This document shows positions 1-12,300 of a DNA stretch of 64,000 bases, in pieces. Each line of letters opens with the position of its first letter. Within the stretch, counting starts at the first letter, position 1. This DNA is from Amphiscolops sp. MND2022 (lineage: Eukaryota), in the NCBI GenBank assembly GCA_964187785.1, contig OZ076409.1, positions 91,328,001 through 91,392,000 of the forward strand, given 5' to 3'. The position numbers were made by a program, and so were the translations under genes. The notes beneath the pieces were generated by a model. It saw only the letters and a list, made by a program, of their open reading frames with translations, was not told the DNA's origin and searched no databases.

Positions 1-396
1 TAATGCTCGCCTCTCCTTCAGTTTTACAGTTGGATTTTTCTGGCGCATCTTTCAGTTTATCTGAAAACTTTTTTCTTCAATTTTATAGCTTCTGTCTGGC
101 ATTGAAAAAACAGTCAGTTTCTATTAAGCTCAGTTTGGGATGAAAGAATAAAGTTTTCCAATGTATTTTCAAACAGAGTTCACCAAGTTGGCAAAGACAA
201 ACTTAAATATATTGTTATAACAATATATTTAAGTTTGTCTTTGCCAACTTCATTCATCTCAAACTGAGCTTAATAGAAACTGACTGTTTTTTCAATGCCA
301 GACAGAAGCTATAAAATTGAAGAAAAAAGTTTTCAGATAAACTGAAAGATGCGCCAGAAAAATCCAACTGTAAAACTGAAGGAGAGGCGAGCATTA
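1..396. repeat. Large foldback/palindromic element, truncated at the window start
   Basis: 1-144 is the reverse complement of 253-396 with one visible mismatch. 185-250 is a perfect 66-bp palindrome centred between 217 and 218. Confidence 0.9.
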
Positions 397-709
397 TGAA
401 AATAGAACTTGTTCTCATCAAACTGGAGGGGCAAGTTGGTAAAAGGGGTTTCATAAGCTGGAAGCTCCACATCCAGCCTTCTCAAAGTGTCAGTGACGGA
501 GCTCGTATTATAAATCCGAAAACTTCAAGAGTCGAAACGTTCAGAATTACACAAGAAACGCATTTGATGTCGTCTGGTTTTAACCATAAATGGACAATGA
601 AATTTACGAAGCCATCCAAAAATCAGCTGCTTAATATTTAAACCGCTTAATATTTAAATCTTCTAAACTATCCGATTCCGACAAACAATTAATGGAGCGT
701 TCGAAAGAA

Positions 710-798
710 GACAATCAGGGTTTTGAAATTAAAATCTGAACTGCGGAACGGAACAGGGCCCCAAGCGCGTTAGGTTTTTTGCGCGAAGTCCTCCGCTT
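710..798. repeat. Short dispersed repeat; inverted copy at about 53958-54029
   Basis: GACAATCAGGG..TCTGAACTGC..CGAAGTCCTCCGCTT recurs as a reverse complement at 53958-54029. Confidence 0.6.
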
Positions 799-1009
799 CG
801 TCGCAATGATCCATTTTAGGGTTAATTAGAATGTAGCAACAAATGGGAGTGCTTGTTTTCGAACCTACCCCTTCTCTTTAGTGAAACGCAACTTATCTCG
901 GATACAACGTATATAACGTCAAAATTCGGATAGTATTGAAAACTTGTTTGGTTGATGCATTATGAGAAACCGAACTCCAGACCAAAAATGAGAACTTTGA
1001 AACAGTTTC

Positions 1010-1345
1010 ATAGTGCCGCAAATGTAACAGGGGACCCTTTGGTCTTTTTGACATCCAATTTGCTGCTATGTGTTAGTAAAATTTGAGGGGAGACCCTTCG
1101 GAGAAATTAAAAATTTTTCAAACAAAAGTCCCACAGTGCCGAAAAAAACTGAACGGGGGACCCTTTAGCCTCGTCCGGTTTTGTATGTTACGCTGAAAAA
1201 GAAACAACTAATATAGTTCAGTTCCGTGGGCCACGTGGTACATTTTGGCCCCTTAAAGTTTTGTAGAACTTTTATGATCTGTTCGTGTAGATTGAAAAAA
1301 GTCTCTTTATAGTCGCGTTTCATTTCATAAAGCGCCAAATAAAAA
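1010..1345 (-). mobile_element. Partial Helentron-associated (HINE/DINE-1-like) element
   Basis: Core units (CACAGTGCCGAAAA..GGGACCCTTT) and the terminal block AGTCGCGTTTCATTTCAT.AAGCGCC..AAAA match the full copies at 8391, 20144, 25021 and 27071. Confidence 0.65.
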
Positions 1346-1773
1346 TAGATGAACTGGTCATTTCCTTATGAGCAAAAAATACAGCCGCAAAAATAGAGGA
1401 TTACCAATTAGAAAGATTGAGATTGAACGCTGCTAACGTTTTTAGATTTCAGTTCCAGCTTCGTTTTCTTGGAGGTTTTTCAGAGAACTGTGAGACACTT
1501 GGAGAGTTTTCTAAGTTGCAGTGAAGTTACATAAAATGTGTCTTGCAAGACTCTGAATTTCAATTACAATGGAAAAGTAGGTTAAGCAATTGCGACAAAT
1601 TCTCGTAGCTCTGACTAAGGGCTTCTCGTCGAGCCGTAAATAATTGCATTTTGGCTTCTTGTTAGTTGTTTGAATTTCCTCCTCAAACTGTAAAGCTCAA
1701 AGCATAAAACTAAGACGTTGACTCCCTATCCTAATTGTTTTTTATGTATATTTTTTGGGTTCCACCCTTGGAC

Positions 1774-4700
1774 ATGTTCACAGGCAGAGATGCTCTGGAT
1801 CAAACCAACCACTACAGGGCTCAACACAGAGTGCCACCCCTCAAGTGGAATCGCGGTGCAGCCAGACATGCTTCTTCTCTAGCCAGAAAAATTGCCAGAA
1901 CAGGTACTCCAATAAGACTAATTGGTTTAGACTATTAAAAAATTAGCATGCAGTTCCGAGGAAGGAATAAAAAATAACAAATCATTGTCTTTTAGCGAGC
2001 ATTGTTGAGGAATTTTAACATCTGCAAACCTCAATGTTTTTGCTGCTTTCATGATTACGAAAATCATTTCTTCATATAAATTGATGAGAGAACTCAATTT
2101 AGTTTCAAATTGTTACCAAGACTTCGATACTTCTAATGGGTTCCATTTCTCGATATCGAATCTCTCATTCTCAAAAGCTTCAGAAATTGTTTCAAGCCAT
2201 GGAAACTTTCGCTGCTTTAGTGTTGTTTATAGCTACAGCAGTAGTTCTTCCTGTTATAGCAGATTAAATCGAACTTTCGAGTTTTTGGCAGCTTTCAAAT
2301 ACAGTATTTGAAATACTAACTAAACACTTCAATTGCGTTAAATTCTCACACCGTAGAGCACAAATTGCACCAACTTAATGAAAGAAAATACAGCTAAGAG
2401 CGGCCATTCATTGAATACACATAAAATGTAAATGTACTTGAAATACTTTCTAATAGACTCCAGAAATACCATATATACCAAACCATCATATAAAAACCTC
2501 AGAAGCGAATTTTTGGTAGATAATTTTTTCTCGTTAAGTTCACAAAAAACTTACCTGATTATTTAAACTCAATAAAAAGGTTTAAAAACCTACTTCGGAA
2601 GCATGAATGTGCTGACAAGCTGATCAGTATTCACACTTTTAAAACATTCGGCTTTCAGTTATAAAACTTACTACCCTAGTCGAGATTGCTTGAACTTTTT
2701 ACATGCTGCATGGAAACATGCAGGCTAATTTTTTTATAAAACATGGAAAATGCCGGGACCGTGCATGGAAACATTTTGTAGGATTGCAATGCAGCCTTCA
2801 CTATTTGAATTAAAACTGAAAACAATTCCACTTCTTCGCCGCAGCGATCACTTTGTTTTCACGCGTAAGTTTCTCAAGCACTACCTTGTGTAAACACCAT
2901 TAGTCAAATAGCACGCTGAATATGACGCTACTTTGAAACTTAAAATGTGACTGAAATTTATTTGCATTGAAAACGCGGTAAAATTGATTAAGGTCTCAGC
3001 TCCTTTCAAAATTAGAACGGCGTCTTTATGAAACCTGCAAAACGTCGCGGCGCAGAATTGCCGCCAAATTTAAGATGCAGTTTATAGGCAGCTTGATAAA
3101 ATTAAATCGAATCAGTGAAGATTTAAGGCATGGACATTTCTTTGAGAATTTTATAAAATCATGGAAAATTAGCTTGGTAACCTACAAAAACATGTAAAAA
3201 GTTCAAGCAGTTCCAACCAGGGTAGTGTTTCCACACACAAACATCTCTTCTTTCAGATCATTATACAAGGCACCGTGATATTTTAGCAAAGACACATTCC
3301 TAAAACTGAATGAACTACAAACTTACAAAAACTTCGAAAAATGTGAACCTTTTCGCTCGTTTTGGTTTCTTTAATACATCTTTTTCAAAAATTAAAAAAA
3401 CTACATTATTTCTTTACACAAGAGTAAGTTAAGTCGCTAATCGTTTGTTGTCGAAATCAGTGGAAACTCATACCCACAAAACCATTCAAAAACATACAAA
3501 AACTACTTAAAACGGTATGAATTTGAAAATTTTGACATTATATGGTTTAACTTATTGTTTATTTTTGAAAACGAAAAACGTCATACTTCTCTAGACAAGA
3601 GTTCTTCTCAAATTGAAGAAAAATAAAATCACAACGCAACCTATTTCGACTTGAAAAAAGTTTTTTTTTCACTATTTTTCAAAAGTTCTGGATGGCCACT
3701 TTTATGAAAATTTTGAAGTCGCACAGTGCCGAAAAAAAATCCAAAGAGGGGACCTGTCAGTAGGTGTTGTCGAGCGGCTTTCGTAATTTAGTTTTAGAGA
3801 CATTTCAACCTTATAGAACTTGTTATTTTCGAATGTTCAGTTGGGTCAATTCTCCTTTGCTCAGCTTTCTACCTTAGAGAAAATACAACTTGTGAAGCAA
3901 GATTAGTTTTATTATGATAAGTAAGAAAGTTATATTTAAGACGAGATAAATCAGTACAGTTAAATCAGTACACCAAGTTCTCTGTCTATTCTTCTTCTGG
4001 TCCACTCGTACACCTTCTTGGCCTCGTCCAGTGTGTTGAAATGTGATGGACTGGCTCTTTGATTGGCTGTGATGTATACGTCAACTAAATTTTGTTACTG
4101 TAATATACTTATCCATGACTTTGTCATGACAGGACCCTTCGGGCTTGAAAAAAATTTTCAAACTGAAAATGTCAAAAAACCGAAGGGGGCCTTTTTGTGA
4201 AGTTTTTATATTTTATTTAAAAAAGTCGCGTAGTGCCGGAAATGATGGCATGTTAAAAAAGAGGGCCCAATTCGAACAGGAGGGCCTTTTGAAAAGTTTT
4301 GGCATTCGGCACAAAATGGACGCATCGACCGGATTGAAGAAAAATAAAAAACACGACGAAAAGCCACTATAATAGTGGCCTTTTATTTCATAAAGAGCCA
4401 ACTAAAAAATAGATGCCACACCAGCTGAGTTATAATTTTGAGTATTTATATAATTACAATACGGTTTTTTAGGGAAAATGGAACACAGTGGAAACAAAAA
4501 ATGGGGAGAAAACTTAGCAATGGGAACGACGATGGATGGCAAAAGGGCAGTTGACCTTTGGTACTCAGAGGTCAATAAATACTCGGTTGGTCAATTTTAC
4601 ATCAACTCGCTTTTAAAAATTTTGAGGATTTAAAACTCAACAAATTTACACTTTCAGCAGAGCTGGCAGTTCTAATGCATGCCAATGATTTTGATGCATT

Positions 4701-5026
4701 TGATGCACAGAAAACAAGACAAAACCAAGCCTGTTTTTTGTTGCTTAATTGCATTTTGTCTACAACTTGGGAAGTTGAATATTCCGTCAATGTTTTTCTT
4801 TGCCAGAACGGATATATACGTTTCGAGAATTACTTTGTTTAAATTCCAGTTTGGCGGGGATTATCAACCAGGATGTGGACATTTCACGGCTCTCGTTTGG
4901 AAGGGGTCCACATCTTGTGGCATCGGGAAAGCGAAGCGGAAAGATGGCTCAGAAGTTGTCGTGGCCAATTATCATCCTCCAGGAAATATCATTGGACAGT
5001 TTAAGGATAACGTTTTCTCCAAATGA
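1774..5026 (+). CDS. CAP/SCP-domain protein, GAPR-1/GLIPR2-like; join(1774..1903,4473..4585,4850..5026). The first exon may instead begin at the acceptor before 1784.
   Basis: GT-AG introns with matching phases (1, 0). The spliced protein MFTGRDALDQTNHYRAQHRVPPLKWN..G/KMEHS..WGENLA..WYSEVNKYS/FGG..GHFTALVWK..ANYHPPGN carries the CAP motifs and the His/Glu/Glu/His tetrad. No signal peptide is visible. Confidence 0.88.
2670..3226. mobile_element. MITE-like non-autonomous TIR element in CAP gene intron 1
   Basis: Imperfect terminal inverted repeats ACTACCCT..TGCTTGAACTTTTTACATG / CATGTAAAAAGTTCAAGCA..AGGGTAGT; no ORF. Confidence 0.65.
3715..4409 (-). mobile_element. Degenerate HINE-like copy interrupted by a solo LTR
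   Basis: HINE core GTCGCACAGTGCCGAAAA..GGGGACC on the left; GGACCCTTC.. and the terminal block CACTATAATAG..AAGAGCCAACTAAAAAA on the right. Confidence 0.6.
3755..4131 (-). mobile_element. Solo LTR (377 bp) with a 5-bp TSD
   Basis: Termini TGTCA...TGACA, flanked on both sides by GGACC (3750-3754 and 4132-4136). AATAAA and CCAAT occur on the minus strand, so the orientation is tentative. Confidence 0.8.
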
Positions 5027-5991
5027 TGAAATGCTGGAGGAACATAAACATCAATCAAATATTACTTTCGTAAAGCTTCATTTTGTAAAAATAAAATTTG
5101 TTCGAATTGATAGTATGAAGTTTTCCTAATTAATAGGAAATTTTGTTGGAAACACCTTGTAGTGAGGAATGTGCAACATGTATTTATTCAATAATTTCAC
5201 TTTTTTGAATACCCAGTAGTTTTGTGATACATACCCAGTTTTTTATGCATATCAAGGTATAAATAACAAGAAAAATTTCGGTGGAAATTTCAATTTCAAA
5301 GTTTTCTAACAAGAAATTTCGATTGGTCGCAATTTTATGAAAATAGTCAACCAAGAATAATGAATAATTTCAGTGCCTTTTTTCGGTTAAAAATTGTGAA
5401 AACTCAAATTGCCAATTTTTTCAATGTCAAAAAAGATACAAGAGGACTTTGGGATAAATGTGACTTTGTCGCAATAAGATTAGCTCACAGATTGGATAAA
5501 TGTCTGAGCTCAACAGTTGGAACCGACAATTGCTTAAAAAGACTATTGAAAAAGGAAGATTCTTGTTTTCATATAAGAAGAAAGTAATAATTGGGAGAAA
5601 TAATATGGGTGGGGGGTGTTTAGTGTTAGCATAATACAGGCAGTGATGATACAACAAAAAGCGTACATTTCTTTCAATTCAAACCAAAGAAGTAGTAAAA
5701 TTGAAGAAGTTCAGTGGTTACAACTTAATTTTTTCCAGCATCCTTTTTTTCCAAATTATGAAAAGCTCATCCAATCAAAAGTTCCGAAACATCAATTTGC
5801 ACGAACTTACAGCTCCGGGTACGGTTGAAATGATACAAAACTGACAAAGAACAGCTGGAATCAAGCCAAAGTTAAAGATTATAATGTAACATGGTTTAAG
5901 GTCAGCTAAGTGTTAGGATCAGGAGCCTTGAGCTGTTTTGAATTGTGTATATCAACACGTAGAGTAGATGAACCGAAATGAAAGAGAAAAG

Positions 5992-6333
5992 TTATCGATG
6001 ATTCACCACTTTTTTGGCTGCAGTGAACATTTTTCGACAGTTTGTGATCATTTTCGATGTTTTTTCTTTGGGTATAGAACAACGCGATGTTCTCATCTCA
6101 ACTATGTCAGGCCGATGCAATTGGGTTTTGTTTGATTTCGTCAATTCAAGGATATCTTCCATGATCTCTTTGATGCTCTCTTTTGTTTCTGATCCAAGAT
6201 GCTCTATACAATAACTGGAAACCCATTCAAACAAATCAGAATGGTTCTGTTTCTTCTCAAGTTTAGAAGAAAAGTGAGAGGTCAGAGAAGAGTCATGCAT
6301 CGTTAACATTGCGGCCAGACTGTTTTCAATCAC
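5992..6333 (-). CDS. Sacsin-like gene, last exon (second half of HEPN)
   Basis: TTTTCAG acceptor, phase 0; continues the HEPN helix from exon 2 to TAA. Confidence 0.78.
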   Translation of the reverse strand: MIENSLAAMLTMHDSSLTSHFSSKLEKKQNHSDLFEWVSSYCIEHLGSETKESIKEIMEDILELTKSNKTQLHRPDIVEMRTSRCSIPKEKTSKMITNCRKMFTAAKKVVNHR

Positions 6334-9300
6334 CTGAAAAACCAACCATGATCAGATATTTTGGATTACTGAAACGAACAAGCTTTAAATGGCTCAATTC
6401 ACTGATGAAATTGAAGATTTAAAACAAGACCGAGAACCCTTCATGATTCAGAAAGTCTTTAAATGGTGCTCACGAATTTATAACACACATCGTAACCAAA
6501 GGATTTCGAAAAAAAACAAGGGTTCAATTTGAAATTTTCGCTAACTTTTCCTTCGCACAATTTATGATATCGTTTTTCAACAGTTTTCCTTCTAACAACG
6601 TTTCATCTGCATTTGCCTAGTGTTATATTGAGTCGTGATTTTTTTCTTATATCCCCACTACAAACAACTTCATTTTAAGGCCCGTCCTGACACTACAGCA
6701 GACCTTAGTTCTTAGCACGAAAACTCAAGAATCTCAAGGACTGCCAAGGTTATTTCCACTTGCCCAAAAATGCTCAAGTCCTTAACAGTTCTTTTCTAGT
6801 CCTAAACAGGAGTTGGAAAATTCCGTTGAAAACTCTTAAAGTTTCTAAAAGACGCCACCATGTTAGATTTTCACTGAGTATCACCTTTATTCGCCAAGTC
6901 AGGAAATTTTTTAGGGGAACTTTCGGCTTCTCATAGTCCGAACAAGCCGACAACAACAAAGTCAAAGTTCAAAAAGAGCAAAGGGTTTCAAATATACAGA
7001 GACACACTATTGTGAGTCTTTATCAAAAATAGGAAAAAATGTTTCACAATGAACCAAAAAAGTCAAAAATATGAAAGTTTTCCAGTTTTTGATTATTTCA
7101 GTAGTTGTTTGTGAAACGCTTCATGAGTCAGACGGTCCCAAAGTTTCAGACGAGTTATCAAGCACTGCAGTACGCCTTTTGAAATTTGTAGTTTTCTAGG
7201 TAGAACATTATCTCAGAATGACCAAAAGAGTCAAAAATCCAAAACTTTGTGAAGGAGTCGAAAATCCAAATTCAGTAAGTTTCGTTTGTAAGAAGAATGG
7301 AAACATTCAAAAGCAAACGAAGTCTCATGTCAATTGCAGTTTCATGATGAAAAAGCCTCAAAATGACGCCAAAAACTCGAATGTTTTTTCAAGTGACTTC
7401 GCGAAATATTTTGTGAATTAGAACAATGAAACTTATCATCAACATTTAAATATAATGTCCGGTGGGCTTTCTGAAAAAATAACTTGAATTCTCATTCGAA
7501 CTATGCCTGAGTTTCACCCCAGCGATCGGAAATCAAAATTTTTCCAGTTTGTCTATTTTTATCCAGTATTTGTGTACAATTCTCGTAGGTTTTTGTAGCT
7601 AAGAAGATTCAAAACACTCGAAAATGAACAAACTAGCTCTGGAGAATGCTTCTCTGAGAAGGAAGTTGCAGTGTTCTGCTTCAAAAACACTTCAAATTGA
7701 CTCCGTTGAGTCGGAAATGAAAAAATCCAATTTCAACTTTTCTTATACAAATTTTCTGAACTTATGAGATGTTTCAATCGTTGGAAGAATGGAAACGTTC
7801 AACAGGGAACAAATGCATCATCCAATAGCTTTTTTGACGGTCAATTGCTATGTCGCTTTAGAAAAGAGCCTCGAAATGACCCCAAAATATTTGAAAAAAA
7901 AAAACAAATTTCAGCAGTTTTTTGACAGTTTATTCAAATTTCAATTTTAATTCACTAAAATTTCGTAATTGAGAACTTTTAGCAAACTCTAAACTTTCTA
8001 ATTAGTCATGCAGATTTTTGAGAAAAAAACTTCACTTTTGTATGTAAGAAGTTCGTCAGAACGACCTAAAATAATCGAAAAAATCCGAAAGTTTCGTGTT
8101 TTCATGCACTTTTTTGTAAATACTTGGAGCAATTTCGTAACTCAACAATGACTTAAACCAATATCCAAAAAAATTTCTTTGAAAAGACATCTGAAATATT
8201 TTGAAAATTGCATCCAATGACAGCAAAGTTGTCGAAAAATCAAAAGTTTCTAACAAAATGTTGACTTTTCAGTTGACTTTTCGTGCAAGTTTATAAAAAA
8301 AAATTGGTCGGGTAGGTTTTGGTAAGTTTACGGTACCACGTGACAAGCATGGGATTTTCATGTGATCCGATTTTCGAAATGAAATTACTATTTTTAGTCG
8401 GCGCTTTTCGAAGAAAAACGCAGACTATAGTAGTGACTTTTTTTTAAGACCAACGAACTGACAGATTTTATAAAGAGTTATAAATAGCTGAGCTGACTTA
8501 CAGTAACTGCACTAACAGTAACCGCAACGCGAGCTATCACTGCTGGCACTTGGCATAGAGGTTAATTAAGCTTTTTGAGGTCTGCCAAGCAGAAGGACGT
8601 GGGTTCGAGTCCCGTCCTTGATCAAATTTTTTTGTGCAGGTTTTTTCGGCTTTGTGAGACTTTTTTCGCAAATTTTTTTAATGTCTCCAAAGGGTCCACC
8701 CTTCATTTTTTTTCTATTTTGCATAAGAATGGATGTTCAAAACCTCCCAAAGGGCCCCTTTTACAATTTTTCGGCACTATGCGACTTACCGGAGACCAAA
8801 AAATTTCGAAAAAAAAATTCAAAAAAATTCGGATTTTTTTAAATTTTTCCTCACGCAGGTACTGTAGAAGAGAATACTTGACACTTTGAAGTCCTTTTGC
8901 TATTTTTGAGCCTTAGATATGGCGCCGACTTGGGCCGTTCCCGGCTTGTTATTCTATATGTCTTACTACCGAGCAGTCGCAGAATCAAATTCAAAATTTC
9001 ATCAAATCGTTTACTTTAAATTGGAAATCATTCTTGGGTCGCCAGTACGGCATGTCGTTTTTTTCAGTACGGCAAGAACTAGCTGCTTAACAAAAACCCT
9101 CGGTATTTTTTCCTTCCAAGATAATTTTTTCCAATGCGTAGTTGCTGGTACATGAAGTTGTTCTCGCCTTGTTCTGGTAAAAAAATTGTTTACTTTTGAT
9201 ACACGTGTGTTCTTCATGTAACAACAGATAGAATTGAAGTTGAAACTTACTTTCAATGCAATGTCGAAGTTCCAGGAGTTGAAAACTTCTGATGTTGCAG

Positions 9301-12300
9301 TTTCATTCAGAGCTTCTAAGTCTTCCTTCGCTTGTCTCAGCCAAAGTTGTGCTAACCCAGGATGAGGGCCTTTGCTAGCCGAAGGATTGCCAATCAAACT
9401 TTCTATGTTTTGCCAGCTTGAGTTTTGCTGCCTGCCTGGGGAACTTCTTGAACCTCCTGAGCTTCGGAAGCGATCATAGGCATCAATCTCATTCCTCATT
9501 CGCTCGAAGTGCTGCATGACGTAATCTTGCACAATTTCTTGGCATTGTGAGTATTGTTGATTAGCTACTCGTCGAGTCTCAGGTTGATCGGCTTCTTGAG
9601 TTTGTTGTTGCAAGGCCTTGTCAATTTCTTGAGCAATCATCCTACTCAAAGAGTTTCTAACAGTGTGTTGTTCATCTGCGTTCTGATATTTATGCATCAC
9701 ACTCTCAATAACCCGTGTATTTATCTCGCCCAAATTTTTCCGAAGAGATTCGGCATCGCTGCAATTTTGGCCAGCATTCCATATGATCTGAGCTATATTC
9801 TTCAAATCTTCATCAATTGTTTCGTTCGAGTTGGCTTCTATCTTGGCGGGTTTTTGTTTATCCGGTTTTTCCTTGAAGCCGTAGACTTTGCTTCCATCGA
9901 TAATCACAGCCTGCCCCTTGTATTTCGTTCTTATCCTCAGTTTTGCCATAGTGATGGGGTCCGTCGTAAAATCAGCAGGTGTTTCTTCTCCCAAAAACTG
10001 TGCATACTTGAAGGTATCCTCTAAGTCAGACGGAGATACTTTAAGTGCTACAAACTCCTCCATTCGGAATGACCGAAAAAGATCGTATTCAATTATTGCA
10101 TGGAGATTGAAAGGTACAATCTCACCTAATTTGAACAGCAACAGTTTTTTTTCTTCTTCAGGTTCCAAAGACAGAGTCTCTATACCGTTCTCTACGAGCC
10201 GGAGGTTTTCTTCTGCTTGGGAGGAAGTTTTGAACAGAATATAATATATCAAGTTGGTATGTTCAGGTGTTAAAGTGTATACGTGACAAAGATTACAAAA
10301 TATTTGGCCAATTAGTACTTTCAAAACTTCTTCGTTGCTCTGCGCACCGCTGGAGAATGCAAAAACGAAATTTCCTTTACCTTTGTCTTCGTCAGCAAAA
10401 ATCGTCTCTTGAAACGTGAAAGTGCGTTCAGTTTGAGAGAAGCTGTCTACGATCTCGCACCTAATCAGCAAATTCCTGACAGGTTTCAAGTTTACACTAT
10501 TTAAGGGATTCAATCTCTCTCTGTCAATCATCTCTTGTCGGCTTGCAAACCATGTCTGATACTGGTCAAAGTAATTGGTTTTTCTGTTTAGAATCCTGAT
10601 GCACTGATCTTGGAATCGTTCGCTCTTCAATTTGAAAAGCACACTATTCAACTCGAATTCCTCAGAACTCGAATTTTCTTCGACTAGGGTGCTCGGATCC
10701 ACAAATACTTTAACCATCTCAGTGAAAAATTTTGGACGCATTGATATGGGTAATTTTTTCAGCCCGTATTGAAAGTGCTTAGAGCCTCGGAGTTTCAACG
10801 TTTTAGCTGCCGGAATGAAGTTTTCGAAGTTTTCAACAGAGTCAGTCGCAAGTTTGAATAACTCTCTATCGTCAATCATGATACAAGATCGCACGTCTGC
10901 CAAAATGTCAGTACAGGTCCTCAAATACACAGGCTGATTTACATCCAATTTAGCTATTTCTTCTCTTCCATTGTTCAACAAAAACTCTGAAAAATGATCT
11001 TCAAGATTTTTGTACTTGTTTATTAGCATGTTGGGATTGCCTTGGATTTCACCCTGATACTCTTCTTTGAAAGTTTCCAACGCATATATGACCTGCTGAA
11101 GGCTTATCGTTTCAGTTGCACCGCAACGTTCAAACAAGCTCCATAGTGGCAAATATTGATCACTAGCTGTGCTCACATATTCAATCATTAAGCATTTAGG
11201 TGCTTCAGTTTCTGGGTAAAACATTGAACGTTTTCGGTATTCCTCACAAGGACATTTAAGCACTTTAGTGATCAAACGGGGCGGAGCAAATGCTGTTTTT
11301 TCACCGTTTTTCACCTGGACGCAATGGAGTTTCTGCAACTCTTTTATTGTCGCATGGGTTAGCGAGTCCATTTTGTCACATAAATACTCGAGACATGCAA
11401 AAACCTTGTGTGGGCTTGTTTGCTCCGACGAACACAATTTAGTCAAGTTTTGAAATACCAGCTCAGTGGAAGGTGCAAAGTTGTTTCCTCTTCGAGTGGT
11501 CCAGTATTGCCGAAGACGCGTGTTCTGATACTGTGGAGTTCCGCTGTTCGTTATTTCAATCATCATCATTCTTGTAAAGCGCTCACTGAGAACAGGCGCA
11601 ACTTCCGAGACAACAGATGAAAACGTGAAATCAAAACACTCTTTCAATGGTCTAATCCCCATATTTAGCGTTTCAAATAGTGGAAGAACCTCTAGTTTCT
11701 CGTAGTCAGTTTGGCCGTAGGTAAATTTCTCAAATTCATGCAGTATTTGCTTCATTTTTTCAAAATTGGCTTCGTCAATTTTACAGGTTCCATTTATGAG
11801 TTCACTCGCTATTAAGCCGACAAAGTGCCAAACTTCGCTTTTGGTAACTTCATGTTTCAAGCCACACTTTTTGAACAGCTCCAAAATTGACCCCTGGTAA
11901 TATTTGATATTTAAAAGTGAATCTTTTGGAAGAAAACTTACATACAAGGCGTTAACTTGATCGTATAGATTTCCCAACCTTTTCTTTTCTCCATCAATGT
12001 TTTCCGCGAAGGCTACGTCTTTAAGTGACGCTATGACCGCGTTTTGGTCACTTGTGTGCCAATTTTTACCAATTTTATCGGCTAAATAATTGAGATGAAT
12101 AGCTATTACGGATTCATCGCCATAAAGGAACACCAACGGAATAATGAATTCAACGTAAATTTGGGGACTAGTTTTGGAAATGACCCCTAGACTTTTTTGA
12201 AGCTCTTTTCTTTTCGGAGAACTTTCTTCAGGAACAAGTTTATCGGCTAAAGTATCTCCACAGTCCATGCCGTCTAAGGGAATATCACGCGGATACGAGT

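Noticed and set aside
8544..8625. Functional tRNA-Gly gene
   Set aside because: The acceptor and anticodon stems do not pair properly and there is extra sequence between the boxes; kept only as a tRNA-derived cassette.
9011..9250. C-terminal tail of the 2230-aa ORF in the track
   Set aside because: It lies after a GTAAGT donor at 9250. HEPN similarity continues instead in the exon at 5992-6333, so this is intron read-through.
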